Source of the DNA: Mayamaea pseudoterrestris
Taxonomy: Eukaryota
Reading direction: 5' to 3'
DNA: 64,000 nucleotides
NCBI GenBank assembly: GCA_027923505.1
Contig: BROI01000039.1
Span: forward strand, 1-64,000
How positions within the stretch are numbered: position 1 is the stretch's first letter; each line of letters starts with the position of its first letter. Below the pieces are notes generated by a model that saw nothing but the letters and a program-made list of their open reading frames with translations, was not told where the DNA came from and ran no database searches. Shown here piece after piece: positions 35,701 through 47,047 of this stretch. The translations under genes were made by a program, and so were the position numbers.

Positions 35701-38700
35701 ATGTATGGCCCATCAAAACAACAAACATGGATTGAAAGCAATTGGAGGGCTCAGCTGATAATGCTGATGATCCCTGCCACCAAAAAGGGTGCAGTGCTGG
35801 CACATTCAACCATTTGTTGAATGTGCAGAGTCTCTGGGCATAGTGATGTGTTCCACACCTAAATTGACAAGTCTATGAGTCTGATTTAATTTAAACGTCC
35901 ATTGTTGCTATATTATGGGGTCTGGGGTCTGTAGGCCACTTTGGAAGTCTAACTTGCCACTTGAGGTGCACCACTAGCAGGTCCAACAAGTTGTTGGATC
36001 AGCTGAGTATCACCATGGCGCATATGGTGGTGGATACTGAGGTGCTAATGACCAATGTATGGCCCTTCATAACAACAAACATGAATTGAAAGCAATTGGA
36101 GGGCTCAGCTGGCAATGCTGATGATCCCTGCCGCAAAAAAGGGTGCAGTGCTGGCACATTCAACCACTTGTTGAATGTGCGGAGTCTCTGGGCATAGTGA
36201 TGGGTTCCACACCAAAATTGACAAGTCTACAAGACTGATTCAATGAAAACATCTATGTCTGCTATATTATGGGGTCTGGGGTCTGTAGACCATTTTGGAA
36301 GTCTGACTTGCCACTTGAGGTGCACCGCTTGCAGGTCCAACTAGTTGTTGGATCAGCTGAGTATCACCATGGCACATTTGGTGGTGGATACCAGGGTGCT
36401 AATGACCAACGTATGGCCCGTCAAAACAACAAACATGAATTGAAAGCAATTGAAGGGCTTAGCTGGCAATGCTGATGATCCCTGCCACCAAAAAGGATGC
36501 AGTGCTAGCACATTCAACCACTTGTTGAATGTGCGGAGTCTCTGGGCATAGTGATGGGTTCCACACCCAAACTGACAAGTCTACAAGTCTGATTCAAAGT
36601 AAACGTCTATGTCTGCTATATTATGGGGTCTGGTTTCTGTAGGCCATTTTGGAAGTCTGACTTGCCACTTGAGGTGCACCGCTAGCTCATAACAACAAAC
36701 ATGAATTGAAAGCAATTGGAGGGCTCAGCTGGAAATGCTGATGATCCCTGCCGCAAAAAAGGGTGCAGTGCTGGCACATTCAACCATTTGTTGAATGTGC
36801 GGAGTCTCTGGGCATAGTGATGGGTTCCACACCCAAACTGACAAGTCTACAAGTCTGAATCAATGTATATGTCCATGTCTGTTGTATTATGGGGTCTGGG
36901 GTCTGTAGGCCATTTTGGAAGTCTGACTTTCCACTTGAGGTGCACTGCTAGCAGGTCCAACAAGTTGTTGGATCAGCCGAGTATCACCATGGCACATTTA
37001 GTGGTGGATACTGAGGTGCTAATGGCCAGCGTATGGCCCATCAAAACAACAAACATGAATTGAAAGCAATTGGAGGGCTCAGCCAGAATAGCTGATGATC
37101 CCTGCCACCAAAAAGGGTGCAGTGCTGGCACATTCAACCATTTGTTGAATGTGCGGAGTCTCTGGGCATAGTGATGGGTTCCACACCTAAATTGACAAGT
37201 CTACAAGTCTGATTCAATGTAAACGTCCATGTCTGCTATATTATGGGGTCTGGGGTCTGTAGGCCATTTTGGAAGTCTGACTTGCCACTTGAGGTGCATT
37301 GCTAGCAGGTCCAACAAGTTGTTGGATCAGCTGAGTATCACCATGGCACATTTAGTGGTGGATACCAGGGTGCTAATGACTAATGTATGGCCCATCAAAA
37401 CAACAAACATGGATTGAAAGCAATTGGAGGGCTCAGCTGATAATGCTGATGATCCCTGCCACCAAAAAGGGTGCAGTGCTGGCACATTCAACCATTTGTT
37501 GAATGTGCAGAGTCTCTGGGCATAGTGATGTGTTCCACACCTAAATTGACAAGTCTATGAGTCTGATTTAATTTAAACGTCCATTGTTGCTATATTATGG
37601 GGTCTGGGGTCTGTAGGCCACTTTGGAAGTCTAACTTGCCACTTGAGGTGCACCACTAGCAGGTCCAACAAGTTGTTGGATCAGCTGAGTATCACCATGG
37701 CGCATATGGTGGTGGATACTGAGGTGCTAATGACCAATGTATGGCCCTTCATAACAACAAACATGAATTGAAAGCAATTGGAGGGCTCAGCTGGCAATGC
37801 TGATGATCCCTGCCGCAAAAAAGGGTGCAGTGCTGGCACATTCAACCACTTGTTGAATGTGCGGAGTCTCTGGGCATAGTGATGGGTTCCACACCAAAAT
37901 TGACAAGTCTACAAGACTGATTCAATGAAAACATCTATGTCTGCTATATTATGGGGTCTGGGGTCTGTAGACCATTTTGGAAGTCTGACTTGCCACTTGA
38001 GGTGCACCGCTTGCAGGTCCAACTAGTTGTTGGATCAGCTGAGTATCACCATGGCACATTTGGTGGTGGATACCAGGGTGCTAATGACCAACGTATGGCC
38101 CGTCAAAACAACAAACATGAATTGAAAGCAATTGAAGGGCTTAGCTGGCAATGCTGATGATCCCTGCCACCAAAAAGGATGCAGTGCTAGCACATTCAAC
38201 CACTTGTTGAATGTGCGGAGTCTCTGGGCATAGTGATGGGTTCCACACCCAAACTGACAAGTCTACAAGTCTGATTCAAAGTAAACGTCTATGTCTGCTA
38301 TATTATGGGGTCTGGTTTCTGTAGGCCATTTTGGAAGTCTGACTTGCCACTTGAGGTGCACCGCTAGCAGGTCCAACTAGTTGTTGGATTAGCAGAGTAT
38401 CACCATGGCATATTTGGTGGCGGATACTGGGGTGCTAATGACCATCATAACAACAAACATGAATTGAAAGCAATTGGAGGGCTTACCTGGCAATGGTGAT
38501 TATCACTGCCACCAAAAAAGGTGCAGTGCTGGCACATTCAACCATTTGATGAATGTGTGGAGTCTCTGGGCATAGTGATGGGTTCCACACCCAAACTGAC
38601 AAGTCTACAAGTCTGATTCAATGTATACGTCCATGTCTGCTGTATTATGGGGTCTGTAGGTCATTTTGGAAGTCTGACTTGCCACTTGAGGTGCACCACT

Positions 38701-38703
38701 AGC
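32711..38703. repeat. 354-bp tandem satellite (family C), ~17 copies, with 342-bp variants
   Basis: Period 354 (for example 35181 to 35535); near-exact 1682-bp duplication 35005-36686 / 36687-38368. Confidence 0.98.
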
Positions 38704-39345
38704 CCATCTAGTCTCCAAGTGCTGCCACAGGGGCTGCCCAAATTTCATATCCCCAGGCTCGTCAACAGTAGCAGGCTGCCATTCTCCACTCCAATGGCCA
38801 AAGAGGTATAAATTGATAGCTAATAGATATTGTTACATCATGTTGAAAGTGCAATGCATTCATCACTAGCCCATCTAGTCCAAGTATGCCATAGGGACTG
38901 CCTAAATTTCGCGGCTCCTTGCTTGTCTACAGTAGCTGGCTGCCATAACCCACTCCAACGGCCTGAGAGGTATATAATGATAGCTGGCAGTTGAGAAGCA
39001 TTGTTTCATGATGTCGAAAGTGCAATGCATTCATGGCTGGCCCATCAATTATCTAAGTTCTGCCACAGGGACTGCCCAAATTTTGCGGCTAAGGCTTGTC
39101 CACAGTAGCAGGCTGCCATACACCACTCCAATGGCCAGAGAGGTATAAAATGACAGATGGAGTTGATAGGCATTGTTTCATGATGTCGAAAGTGCAATGC
39201 ATTTCATTGCTAGCCCATCTAGTCTCCATGTTCTGCCACCGGACTGCCCAAATTCTGTGGCTCCTGGCTTGTCCACAGTAGCTGGCTGCCATAACCCACT
39301 CGAGCAGACAGAGGTATTTATTGGTAGCTGGCAGTTGACAGGCAT
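38701..39345. repeat. ~170-bp tandem repeat (family D), ~3.7 diverged copies
   Basis: GCCCATC anchor at 38702, 38869, 39040, 39213. Confidence 0.9.
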
Positions 39346-39349
39346 TTTT

Positions 39350-39670
39350 TTCTACAAGATAAGTTGACTGGCTGGTGCCTCAGTGAACTGCAATGTGATT
39401 GATGATAACCTGTCACCAGTCTGAGCTAGCAGCTTCCATGCCTTTTGAATGTCCATGCCTTGTGCCATGTGCATGCCCAAACAAGCCAGAATGGTGCTAA
39501 CATCCTTATTTAAGGTGCGCTACAAGAAATGTTCACTGGCTGGTGTCTCCGTGGACTGCAATGTGGATGGTGATAACTTGTCACCAGTCGCAGCCAGCTG
39601 CTGCCAAGCCTTTCAACTGCCCATACCTCTAGCCATGTGTATGCCCAAATCAAGCCAGAATGGTGCCAAG
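39350..39670. repeat. Two diverged copies of the family A 169-bp unit
   Basis: CTACAAGA...GGCTGGTG...GCAATG...TGATAAC(C/T)TGTCACCAGTC...CCCAAA...CCAGAATGGTGC are colinear with the family A monomer. Confidence 0.88.
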
Positions 39671-40024
39671 GTTGAAACTCCTACATCTGGTTTAAATGGT
39701 TCAGCATGTTGCAACATATTTCTTGTTATATGCAGATTATAATGCTTATGTCTGGAAGCTTTGTGAGTCCATTAATGCAGCTACAGTATTGACAGACAAG
39801 GCTTAGAATAATGCCAAAACTACACTGCCGGTAGTTTAAACAAGATACCCCCCGGGGTGATCTGAGTCACTCAACTGTGGGTCTATTTGGATCGCTGCGC
39901 TAAATGTGTGAGAGTCCTTCGGAGATAGCAGTATAATAATAAACGTTTCGTTAATAGTTACACTGCCGGTGTTCTGGATACTCCAACAACAACAATCCAA
40001 AACAAGCGACGGAAAGTCATGGAT

Positions 40025-41821
40025 TTAGACCTCAATTCGTTCTCCCAATGAAACGCCAGGAAAGTCTCCAATGGATAGCGGTTCAATTCCAAAGATTTTG
40101 CAAAAGAATACATATTCACTGAGTAGAGCGTGCCTGATATTTGCTGCTTTGCGAAACCCATGCTGCTCTCCTTTGTACATGACTAGCGCTGTCGTGAGAC
40201 CCTTAGCGCCAAGGACTTCAAACATTGTTTCCGCCTGATTCGGTGGTACCACACAATCTTCGTCTCCCTGGAGCAAGATAACTGGGCAATCAAAATTCTC
40301 TGTGTGCTTGATGGGGCAGCGCTCATCGTATAATGGACCGGGATAAGGCTCAATCAAACCATCCAGATAGCGACTTTCAAATTTGTGAGTCTCCTCTGCA
40401 AGCGCCGACAAGTCCCCAACACCATAAAGTGACGCTCCTGCTTTAAAGACGTTCTTAAAAGCCAAGGCCGCTAAGGTAGTGTAGCCTCCAGCACTCCCAC
40501 CGTCGATGCATAGCCATTCGCGCTTCACCAAGGCTTCGTCGGCACAGTATGTAGCGCCGCTGCAAACGTCAGCGACATCGACCACGCCCCATTGGCCCTT
40601 GAGACTTTGCATGTACTCCTTGCCGTACCCTGTGCTGCCACCGTAGTCGACGTCGAGAACAGCAAAACCGCGAGAGGTCCAAAACTGAATGTTCAGCTTG
40701 AAGGTAGTTGAAGTGCAGGATGTTGGCCCACCATGCGCTTTGACCAAAAGAGGAGGCTTAAATGTATCAGGCAGCGACGGCGACATATTATTGGGAGGAT
40801 AGTAATATCCATAGGCATAGCCGACGCCTTCCGTTGAGGGAAACTTCATCAGCTTTGGTTCCGAAAAAAAGGACTGAAGTTCAGACAGATTGTCGACTCG
40901 CAGGGTCGAATAAACTTCCACTGGCGTACAAGAAGGATCCTCGGGTCGCTCCCAGTACCAAACTCCAACTGGATTCTTTGTTGATCCGCCCAGAAAGTAG
41001 ACACTTTCTCCACAAGCTGTCAGATGCGAAATGGATGGCACTGGCATTTCAACCTCTCGCACGACGTGTTTGCTCAATAAATTAATCAATACGACCTTTG
41101 CAGCACCCGTTGTTTTGTTTGAATACTTGGCGACAAGCGTTCCATTCTGTAAAATGGCAAAACACTTGATCCCAAGAATCCATCCACAAGACGCGTCGGT
41201 AAAATCTGCATTTTTGGGAAGCAAAGCCCTCGTCTCGGTTGTATCAAAATCATCTTCCTGTAGATTATACCATCCACTGACGTTGCTCAAAAAGTAGAGC
41301 TTGGACTTGTACCACTGGGGTGCGTAGACGCTGACACCCGGGCCGCCATGGACAAGTCTTGGCTCGCCGATGGGCAGCAACTGCTCGCCGTGCGTGTCGT
41401 CCAAATCCAATACGTACAGGAAGGTTTCGTCCCACGGCATGTTTGGATGATCCCAAGCGACATAGGCCAATTTGTTGCTTGTATACGTCGGATACGAGTA
41501 AAAGTCGTGTCCACTTGCGAGAGAAACAATCTTGGCAGATCCGTCGAGCGAAATGGTGACAATTGAATTTCGAACTTGCGAAGGACTGGGATTCGTATGA
41601 TCTTCCATGATTGCTAGCAATAAAGGTGACTTGCCAGGTCGCTCAATGACGGAGAAGTCGGCAAAGCGACATGGAGAAGTGTCTCCAAGCTTCGGAAAGA
41701 CTTGAAGAAGCTTCCAAAAGACGGCGTTGCTGACGAAATCGGTATAGATTATTCCTCCATCATGGACGCAGTAGGCGCCTCCTCCATACTCATGCACCGA
41801 AGATCTTACATAATTGGTTAC
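40025..41821 (-). CDS. S9-family peptidase (acylaminoacyl or dipeptidyl peptidase-like), 5' end not found
   Basis: VHEYGGGA, WDHPNMPWD, HGGPT, YGGSTGYG, GGSAGG, QGDED, GEQHGF catalytic triad motifs. Confidence 0.88.
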   Translation of the reverse strand, partial: VTNYVRSSVHEYGGGAYCVHDGGIIYTDFVSNAVFWKLLQVFPKLGDTSPCRFADFSVIERPGKSPLLLAIMEDHTNPSPSQVRNSIVTISLDGSAKIVSLASGHDFYSYPTYTSNKLAYVAWDHPNMPWDETFLYVLDLDDTHGEQLLPIGEPRLVHGGPGVSVYAPQWYKSKLYFLSNVSGWYNLQEDDFDTTETRALLPKNADFTDASCGWILGIKCFAILQNGTLVAKYSNKTTGAAKVVLINLLSKHVVREVEMPVPSISHLTACGESVYFLGGSTKNPVGVWYWERPEDPSCTPVEVYSTLRVDNLSELQSFFSEPKLMKFPSTEGVGYAYGYYYPPNNMSPSLPDTFKPPLLVKAHGGPTSCTSTTFKLNIQFWTSRGFAVLDVDYGGSTGYGKEYMQSLKGQWGVVDVADVCSGATYCADEALVKREWLCIDGGSAGGYTTLAALAFKNVFKAGASLYGVGDLSALAEETHKFESRYLDGLIEPYPGPLYDERCPIKHTENFDCPVILLQGDEDCVVPPNQAETMFEVLGAKGLTTALVMYKGEQHGFRKAANIRHALLSEYVFFCKIFGIEPLSIGDFPGVSLGERIEV

Positions 41822-43073
41822 CTACGGCAAGTTGCGGGGGGCAAACTTGTATGCTTGGCATAAGCTTTAACTAGCAGACCAACAAGAATATGTGCATATC
41901 TGTTATTCCAACCTTCAAAAATGATTCTGTATTCTGTGGACTTACAGTTAGCCAGTAATAGACGTTGCATTGCCAGCAACTTTTGGACAATAGTGTGTTC
42001 CAAAGCAAGGCATTAAAGGTAAAGCATATATACAGTGTGACCATCCATCCTTTCTACCAGCATAGTATCTAAATGTTCTTTCATTGCATGATAGTACAGC
42101 ACAAGCACGTCTTACCTGCCTGGCTGGCATGGCTACAGTAGCTAAAACTACATGCCAGAGGCCATCGCTGTGCACGAAGGATTAGTCGCATCGGTTCTCC
42201 AAATTGCGCAAGGTCATCCTTCTGTGGGATCAAACTCGGTCCAGAATGACGATACAGAGAATCTGAGCATACCATCATCTACGTTAATCAACGAAGAATG
42301 CAATGGTGCAAAATCTCCACATACATCGGGGATTTGATCGTACAGGGACGATTCTTGTAAAATCACACAAATCACCTTGATAGAAACACTGCAACAACTT
42401 TGGCTACAACTGTAAAACCAGGATAGTACTCGTACATTATATCAAGTATATATATAATGGTCTAATGCGCTCGTTTCAGCCAAAAGCATGCATGTTAAGA
42501 TCGTCGCGTCGACGATTGAAGATTCGACCAATTTGCACCTCGTTCAATTGGAAGCGTCTCATTCACTCAATTTTAGTCCTGCGGCAAATATTCCAACGGA
42601 ATCATATTCCCTGCTTTCTTGTGGTTCTCATGACATCTTGCTGGTTGCAATGCAACGCCTCCTTGGTCCCGCAATTCGACCGTAAAAATGGCGATGCCAT
42701 GAAAATCGATCAAAAAACCCGGAGACCAAGGAACCGCGCTTTTTAGCATGGGATGCGGCACGACCCAGTTCAATCCAGTCCCGTGATCACCCGCTCGCGC
42801 GGGTTAGAGGAAGAGCGGGGGTTCCCCCCGCAATGATCGCGGTTCGCATGATCGAGCTGTCGCTTTGTATCGTAGCGGTTTCAAATTCCACGCCAGTCGG
42901 GTCAAAGCCGGAGCGACTCCTCTCGCCAATTCCGTCGAGCCGCAAAAACGACTCACAAAGTTGCAGTCAACGTGACGAAAGGAAACCAATAATAGGAGGC
43001 GAGCCGATTACGGTGCAAGCTTCTCATGTTAGAGTTTCCTACAAGTCCAACTGGAAATCGAAACCACAAGGCC

Positions 43074-44561
43074 ATGAAGCGACCTTACTCGACGTCTCCT
43101 CCACAGCGGCAGCAGCCGCTACTGCTGCAAAGGGAGCTACATCCACTCGTGTCGACTAATAGCACATCTTCACTGCCCTGCCACTTTGGTGCAACGACTG
43201 CTCCGACTACCGGTAGTAGCAGCTACTTGGAATGGTTTTGGAATTGGCCAGCTACCAGACAGATTCCGCACAAGAGAAAGCCAAAGAAGCAGACGCTGAG
43301 ACAGATTCTAATTCTCTTTTGTGTAATTGCATTCGTCGGTATATGTATTGTTCATGTTACTTTTCTTCGAAATCATCGCGACCGGCATGAATTGGGCGCA
43401 AAGAATGTCAGTGTTGCAAGTAGTTTTGGAAGAGAGCAGCACGAGGACAGCCAGGAACAGCTACAACGAAAATTGGAAGATGTTCCACTTGTGAATTTCG
43501 AGCAACGGCGCACTGACAGCAAGATGACCCAATTTCTAATGGAACCACAAGACTACTCGCAATACACGGTTCGAATCAATAGTTGGAAGCGTCCCGAGCA
43601 GCTTCGAATTGCAATTCAGCACTACCGAACATGTTCCGGAGTTGCTCAGGTTCAAGTTGTTTGGTGTACGGCGCAAGGCGACCCTCCTGACTGGCTCGTT
43701 GACATGGAAGCAGTGTCCGAGAAAACGGATCAACTTTCCGTGATTGTGGAACAGCATGATATCAATTCGCTGAACGAACGTTTTAACGTGTTACATGCAC
43801 CAGCGACGCGAGGAATACTCACTGTGGATGACGATGTCCTTCGACCATGTCTCGCAATGGATGCAGGTTTTTACAAATGGACGAAACATCCCGACCGCAT
43901 GGTTGGCTACGATGCTCGGGACATTGTCTTGGATGGCAATGGCGGCAAGTGGAATTATGGATACATGTCAACGACGCAAAAGTCCAATCAGTACTCCCTG
44001 ACGCTGACTCGGTTCGCGTTTCTTCATGTGGACCATTTGAACAGTTACATGACGGACATGCCAGACGCTATACGCGACAAGGTTCAAACTCATTTGAATT
44101 GCGAAGACATTGCCATGAGTCTTTGGGTCTCCAGTCAAAACAATGCGCAAGTTCCGCTTTTGGCGGACCTATGGGCCATTAACTCGCTCGTGAAGCTACA
44201 CAGCAACGGTGCGATTAGCGCCATGGGACATCACAAGAGTGTTCGAGACGACTGTGTCGATGAGTTTGCTAGTCTTTTGGGTTTGAAGGATACGTTACGT
44301 CCTGCGGTATGGGTCCATAAAGGTCCGAAATCCCTTTTTGACTGCGGCGTCGCCGTAGAAGAGGCTGCCATCACCACGCCGGTTCCGCCCCGATTAGAAA
44401 ATTTACAACAAAGCATATTAAAGTGGAAAAGAATGGATAAAGTGAAAGTGTCTTTCTTATTGAAACGAATGGTGCAAGACATGATCGGCCCAGCGTTGAA
44501 CGCTGGTCTTGTCCAAGGAACGGACCAATGGAAAAAGCGATTTCCAAAAGCAGAAAGTTGA
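43074..44561 (+). CDS. Glycosyltransferase family 64 (EXTL2-like)
   Basis: Type II TM helix; SLNERF, TVDDD, PDRMVGY, NCEDIAM, RDDCV. Confidence 0.88.
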   Translation: MKRPYSTSPPQRQQPLLLQRELHPLVSTNSTSSLPCHFGATTAPTTGSSSYLEWFWNWPATRQIPHKRKPKKQTLRQILILFCVIAFVGICIVHVTFLRNHRDRHELGAKNVSVASSFGREQHEDSQEQLQRKLEDVPLVNFEQRRTDSKMTQFLMEPQDYSQYTVRINSWKRPEQLRIAIQHYRTCSGVAQVQVVWCTAQGDPPDWLVDMEAVSEKTDQLSVIVEQHDINSLNERFNVLHAPATRGILTVDDDVLRPCLAMDAGFYKWTKHPDRMVGYDARDIVLDGNGGKWNYGYMSTTQKSNQYSLTLTRFAFLHVDHLNSYMTDMPDAIRDKVQTHLNCEDIAMSLWVSSQNNAQVPLLADLWAINSLVKLHSNGAISAMGHHKSVRDDCVDEFASLLGLKDTLRPAVWVHKGPKSLFDCGVAVEEAAITTPVPPRLENLQQSILKWKRMDKVKVSFLLKRMVQDMIGPALNAGLVQGTDQWKKRFPKAES

Positions 44562-44845
44562 ATGTACATGTTGTTGCGCGATTAGTGTCATTTATAAGTG
44601 CAGCTTGTATTCTACAGTACCTTACTACCGGTAGTACTGCATAACATCTACATCATAGTCAACGACGAGAAGGTAGTAATGATGTCGTACATGTCGCTCT
44701 GCGACTCGTTTATCGCCGACTGATGATGCGTCACCTTGTTGTCGACACAATAACAAAACAAAAACCTCGATGAATCTGTGAATGCACTTACTGCTTGATC
44801 TGCCTCTTTGGTTGATGTATAGAGCTTTTTGCGATAGACGAGACA

Positions 44846-45565
44846 ATGTTATCTGCTTCGCTGGTCAAAGCAGCTTTTGTGACCTGTCGACGGACGCCAA
44901 TCGCATTTTCTGTTCTGCAGCATTCGCGACATTCTATCCGTGAGATGACTTCCGAGACTAATGCTTCCAAGCGGAGGAATCGGCGCAAGAAAGGATCCAA
45001 AGATGCTTTCAACAACCCATCCTTGTCGGATGAAAATGATACGCACATGGATGAGTCGAGATATGATGCGCCCCGACCCCAATACTCGAGCCATCAAGAG
45101 CAGGGAAATCTAACAAGTCGACAAAACTCTCTGTCATATATCTTGGCGGACATATGGACACGGAAGAGTACTCCTGCATCGATCCACCCGCAAATGACGT
45201 CTTTGTTAAAGGATCTGCGGATCACCGGTGAGCAACCGATGGAAGCAGACGATGTTTCGACGTTGCCACAAGACCATATCAACAATCAACCTGTTTCATT
45301 ACCAGCCGAAACGTCTGGCAACACCAAAAGAAGCAGGCGGAAGAAGAATATTGATTTGTCGCAAGTGGCACTTGACGAAAGTTTGGAAAACGCTGACAAG
45401 CTTTTCGTCGAAGAACGATCTGCGGACGACAACGCGTCCGCAATTTCAATTTCAGAGTCCGATCATGAACAAGGTGAACGAATTTCATTCGAGGAGGAGG
45501 AAGAAGGGGCAGAAAATGTGCCTCGGCGGCGCCCATGGTGGATGAGCTCATCAGCGTCATTCTGA
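44846..45565 (+). CDS. Hypothetical low-complexity protein with mitochondrial presequence-like N-terminus
   Basis: 239-aa ATG ORF; N-terminus rich in R/S/A and lacking acidic residues. Confidence 0.5.
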   Translation: MLSASLVKAAFVTCRRTPIAFSVLQHSRHSIREMTSETNASKRRNRRKKGSKDAFNNPSLSDENDTHMDESRYDAPRPQYSSHQEQGNLTSRQNSLSYILADIWTRKSTPASIHPQMTSLLKDLRITGEQPMEADDVSTLPQDHINNQPVSLPAETSGNTKRSRRKKNIDLSQVALDESLENADKLFVEERSADDNASAISISESDHEQGERISFEEEEEGAENVPRRRPWWMSSSASF

Positions 45566-46098
45566 CGATGCAAGCAGCAACATGAGTGCACACTTTGATT
45601 GCGCAAGGCAACTTAGTACAATGTAGAGAAAGAATTTCGTCACTGCGTACCGGTTGGCAAAGTTCTGTAGTTGTTCCAAAGCTTCGCGACAAGACGAGCT
45701 AACGAAACCGATTGTGAACCGCTACGACATCGACTGGTTTTGCGTGATGACGCATCCTTGCGGACCGCAAAACGACGACGAGTGGATCGACGCACCAACA
45801 AAGAAGCGGCTGAAATTGACCATGGCGTCCCAGTGGAGAGCAGCGGTATGTCTATGTCTGTAATTGTAATGTAACGTTATAATATGATTGTATAAGAAGC
45901 GATTCGCGCGATTGATGGTGAAAGCAAAAAGGGATCCTCCATCGTCGTTCGGCGCATGGTTCATTACTGGTTAAGTCCACATATGGATTCCAGATTCTGT
46001 CTTGTGGTCGGCACGCATCAGGCGCACCTTTTTTTCGCGCAACAACATCTTTCTTCCTCTCCTTATCCTCTTTGTCATTCTTCTTTCCTTGACAACAG

Positions 46099-46896
46099 TT
46101 TCAATCCAACCGCCATTTTGTGGCTGGAGCACTCGTGGCAGCAGCATCCGTTCCAGCTGTCACACTGCTCAGCGACGACATTGTTCATCCGCCGGCCTTT
46201 CCATGGAGACACCGCGGATACTTTAGTTCATATGACCACGCCGCCCTTCGTCGAGGCTTTCAAGTCTACCAAGAAGTTTGCGCCTCTTGTCACTCACTTG
46301 AGCGCATTCGCTGGCGTGAACTAGTGGGAGTGACACATACCAAGGATGAAGTGACAAACTTGTGCAAGGAAGTTGATGTTTTGGACGGACCAAATGATGA
46401 GGGAGAAATGTTTGAGCGACCGGCCAAGCTTTTCGACAAACTACCCAAGCCATATCCCAATGACGAAGCTGGAGCAGCAGCCAATGGTGGTGCCTTGCCT
46501 CCGGATCTTTCCTTGATGGTCAAGGCTCGGCATGAGGGTCACGACTACATTATGTCCTTGTTGACTGGCTACATGGAACCGCCTGCTGGCAAGGTCATGA
46601 TGGAAGGTCTCTACTACAATCCATACTTTCCTGGAGGTGGAATTGCCATGCCTCCGCCATTGCAGGATGAAGGTGTCGAGTATGAGGATGGAACTATTGC
46701 GACGGTTGCCCAGCAGGCTCGCGACATTGCTCAATTCTTGAACTGGACGGCGGAACCAGAAATGGAAGAGCGAAAGAAGAATGCTGGACTGAACATGCTT
46801 GTGCTAATGTTTCTGGTCATTGGATCTGGCTACATGAAGCGTCTAAAGTGGTCGCCGCACAAGACACGAAAGATTGCTTATGTCAAGGGCATGTAG
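46099..46896 (+). CDS. CYC1: Cytochrome c1 (main exon; short upstream exon not located)
   Basis: RRGFQVYQEVCASCH, ANGGALPPDLS, YNPYFPGG, C-terminal TM; polypyrimidine tract and CAG acceptor before 46099. Confidence 0.95.
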   Translation, partial: FQSNRHFVAGALVAAASVPAVTLLSDDIVHPPAFPWRHRGYFSSYDHAALRRGFQVYQEVCASCHSLERIRWRELVGVTHTKDEVTNLCKEVDVLDGPNDEGEMFERPAKLFDKLPKPYPNDEAGAAANGGALPPDLSLMVKARHEGHDYIMSLLTGYMEPPAGKVMMEGLYYNPYFPGGGIAMPPPLQDEGVEYEDGTIATVAQQARDIAQFLNWTAEPEMEERKKNAGLNMLVLMFLVIGSGYMKRLKWSPHKTRKIAYVKGM

Positions 46897-47047
46897 TAGA
46901 TGTAGTTCAGAGTTAGCGGGATGATACATCATGTTAGACACATACTGCCTTTACGAGCTTCCTGCTAGTACATCTATTTATTACATACTCAATTAGCTTT
47001 GATTAGAATATGCAGGATCTAATGGAGCTACAGTAGGCATATACCGG

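Noticed and set aside
33424..38157. Recurrent ORFs in satellite C; 354 and 342 are multiples of 3
   Set aside because: The frames I translated contain stops in most units and resemble no protein repeat; a decayed coding origin is unsupported though not excluded
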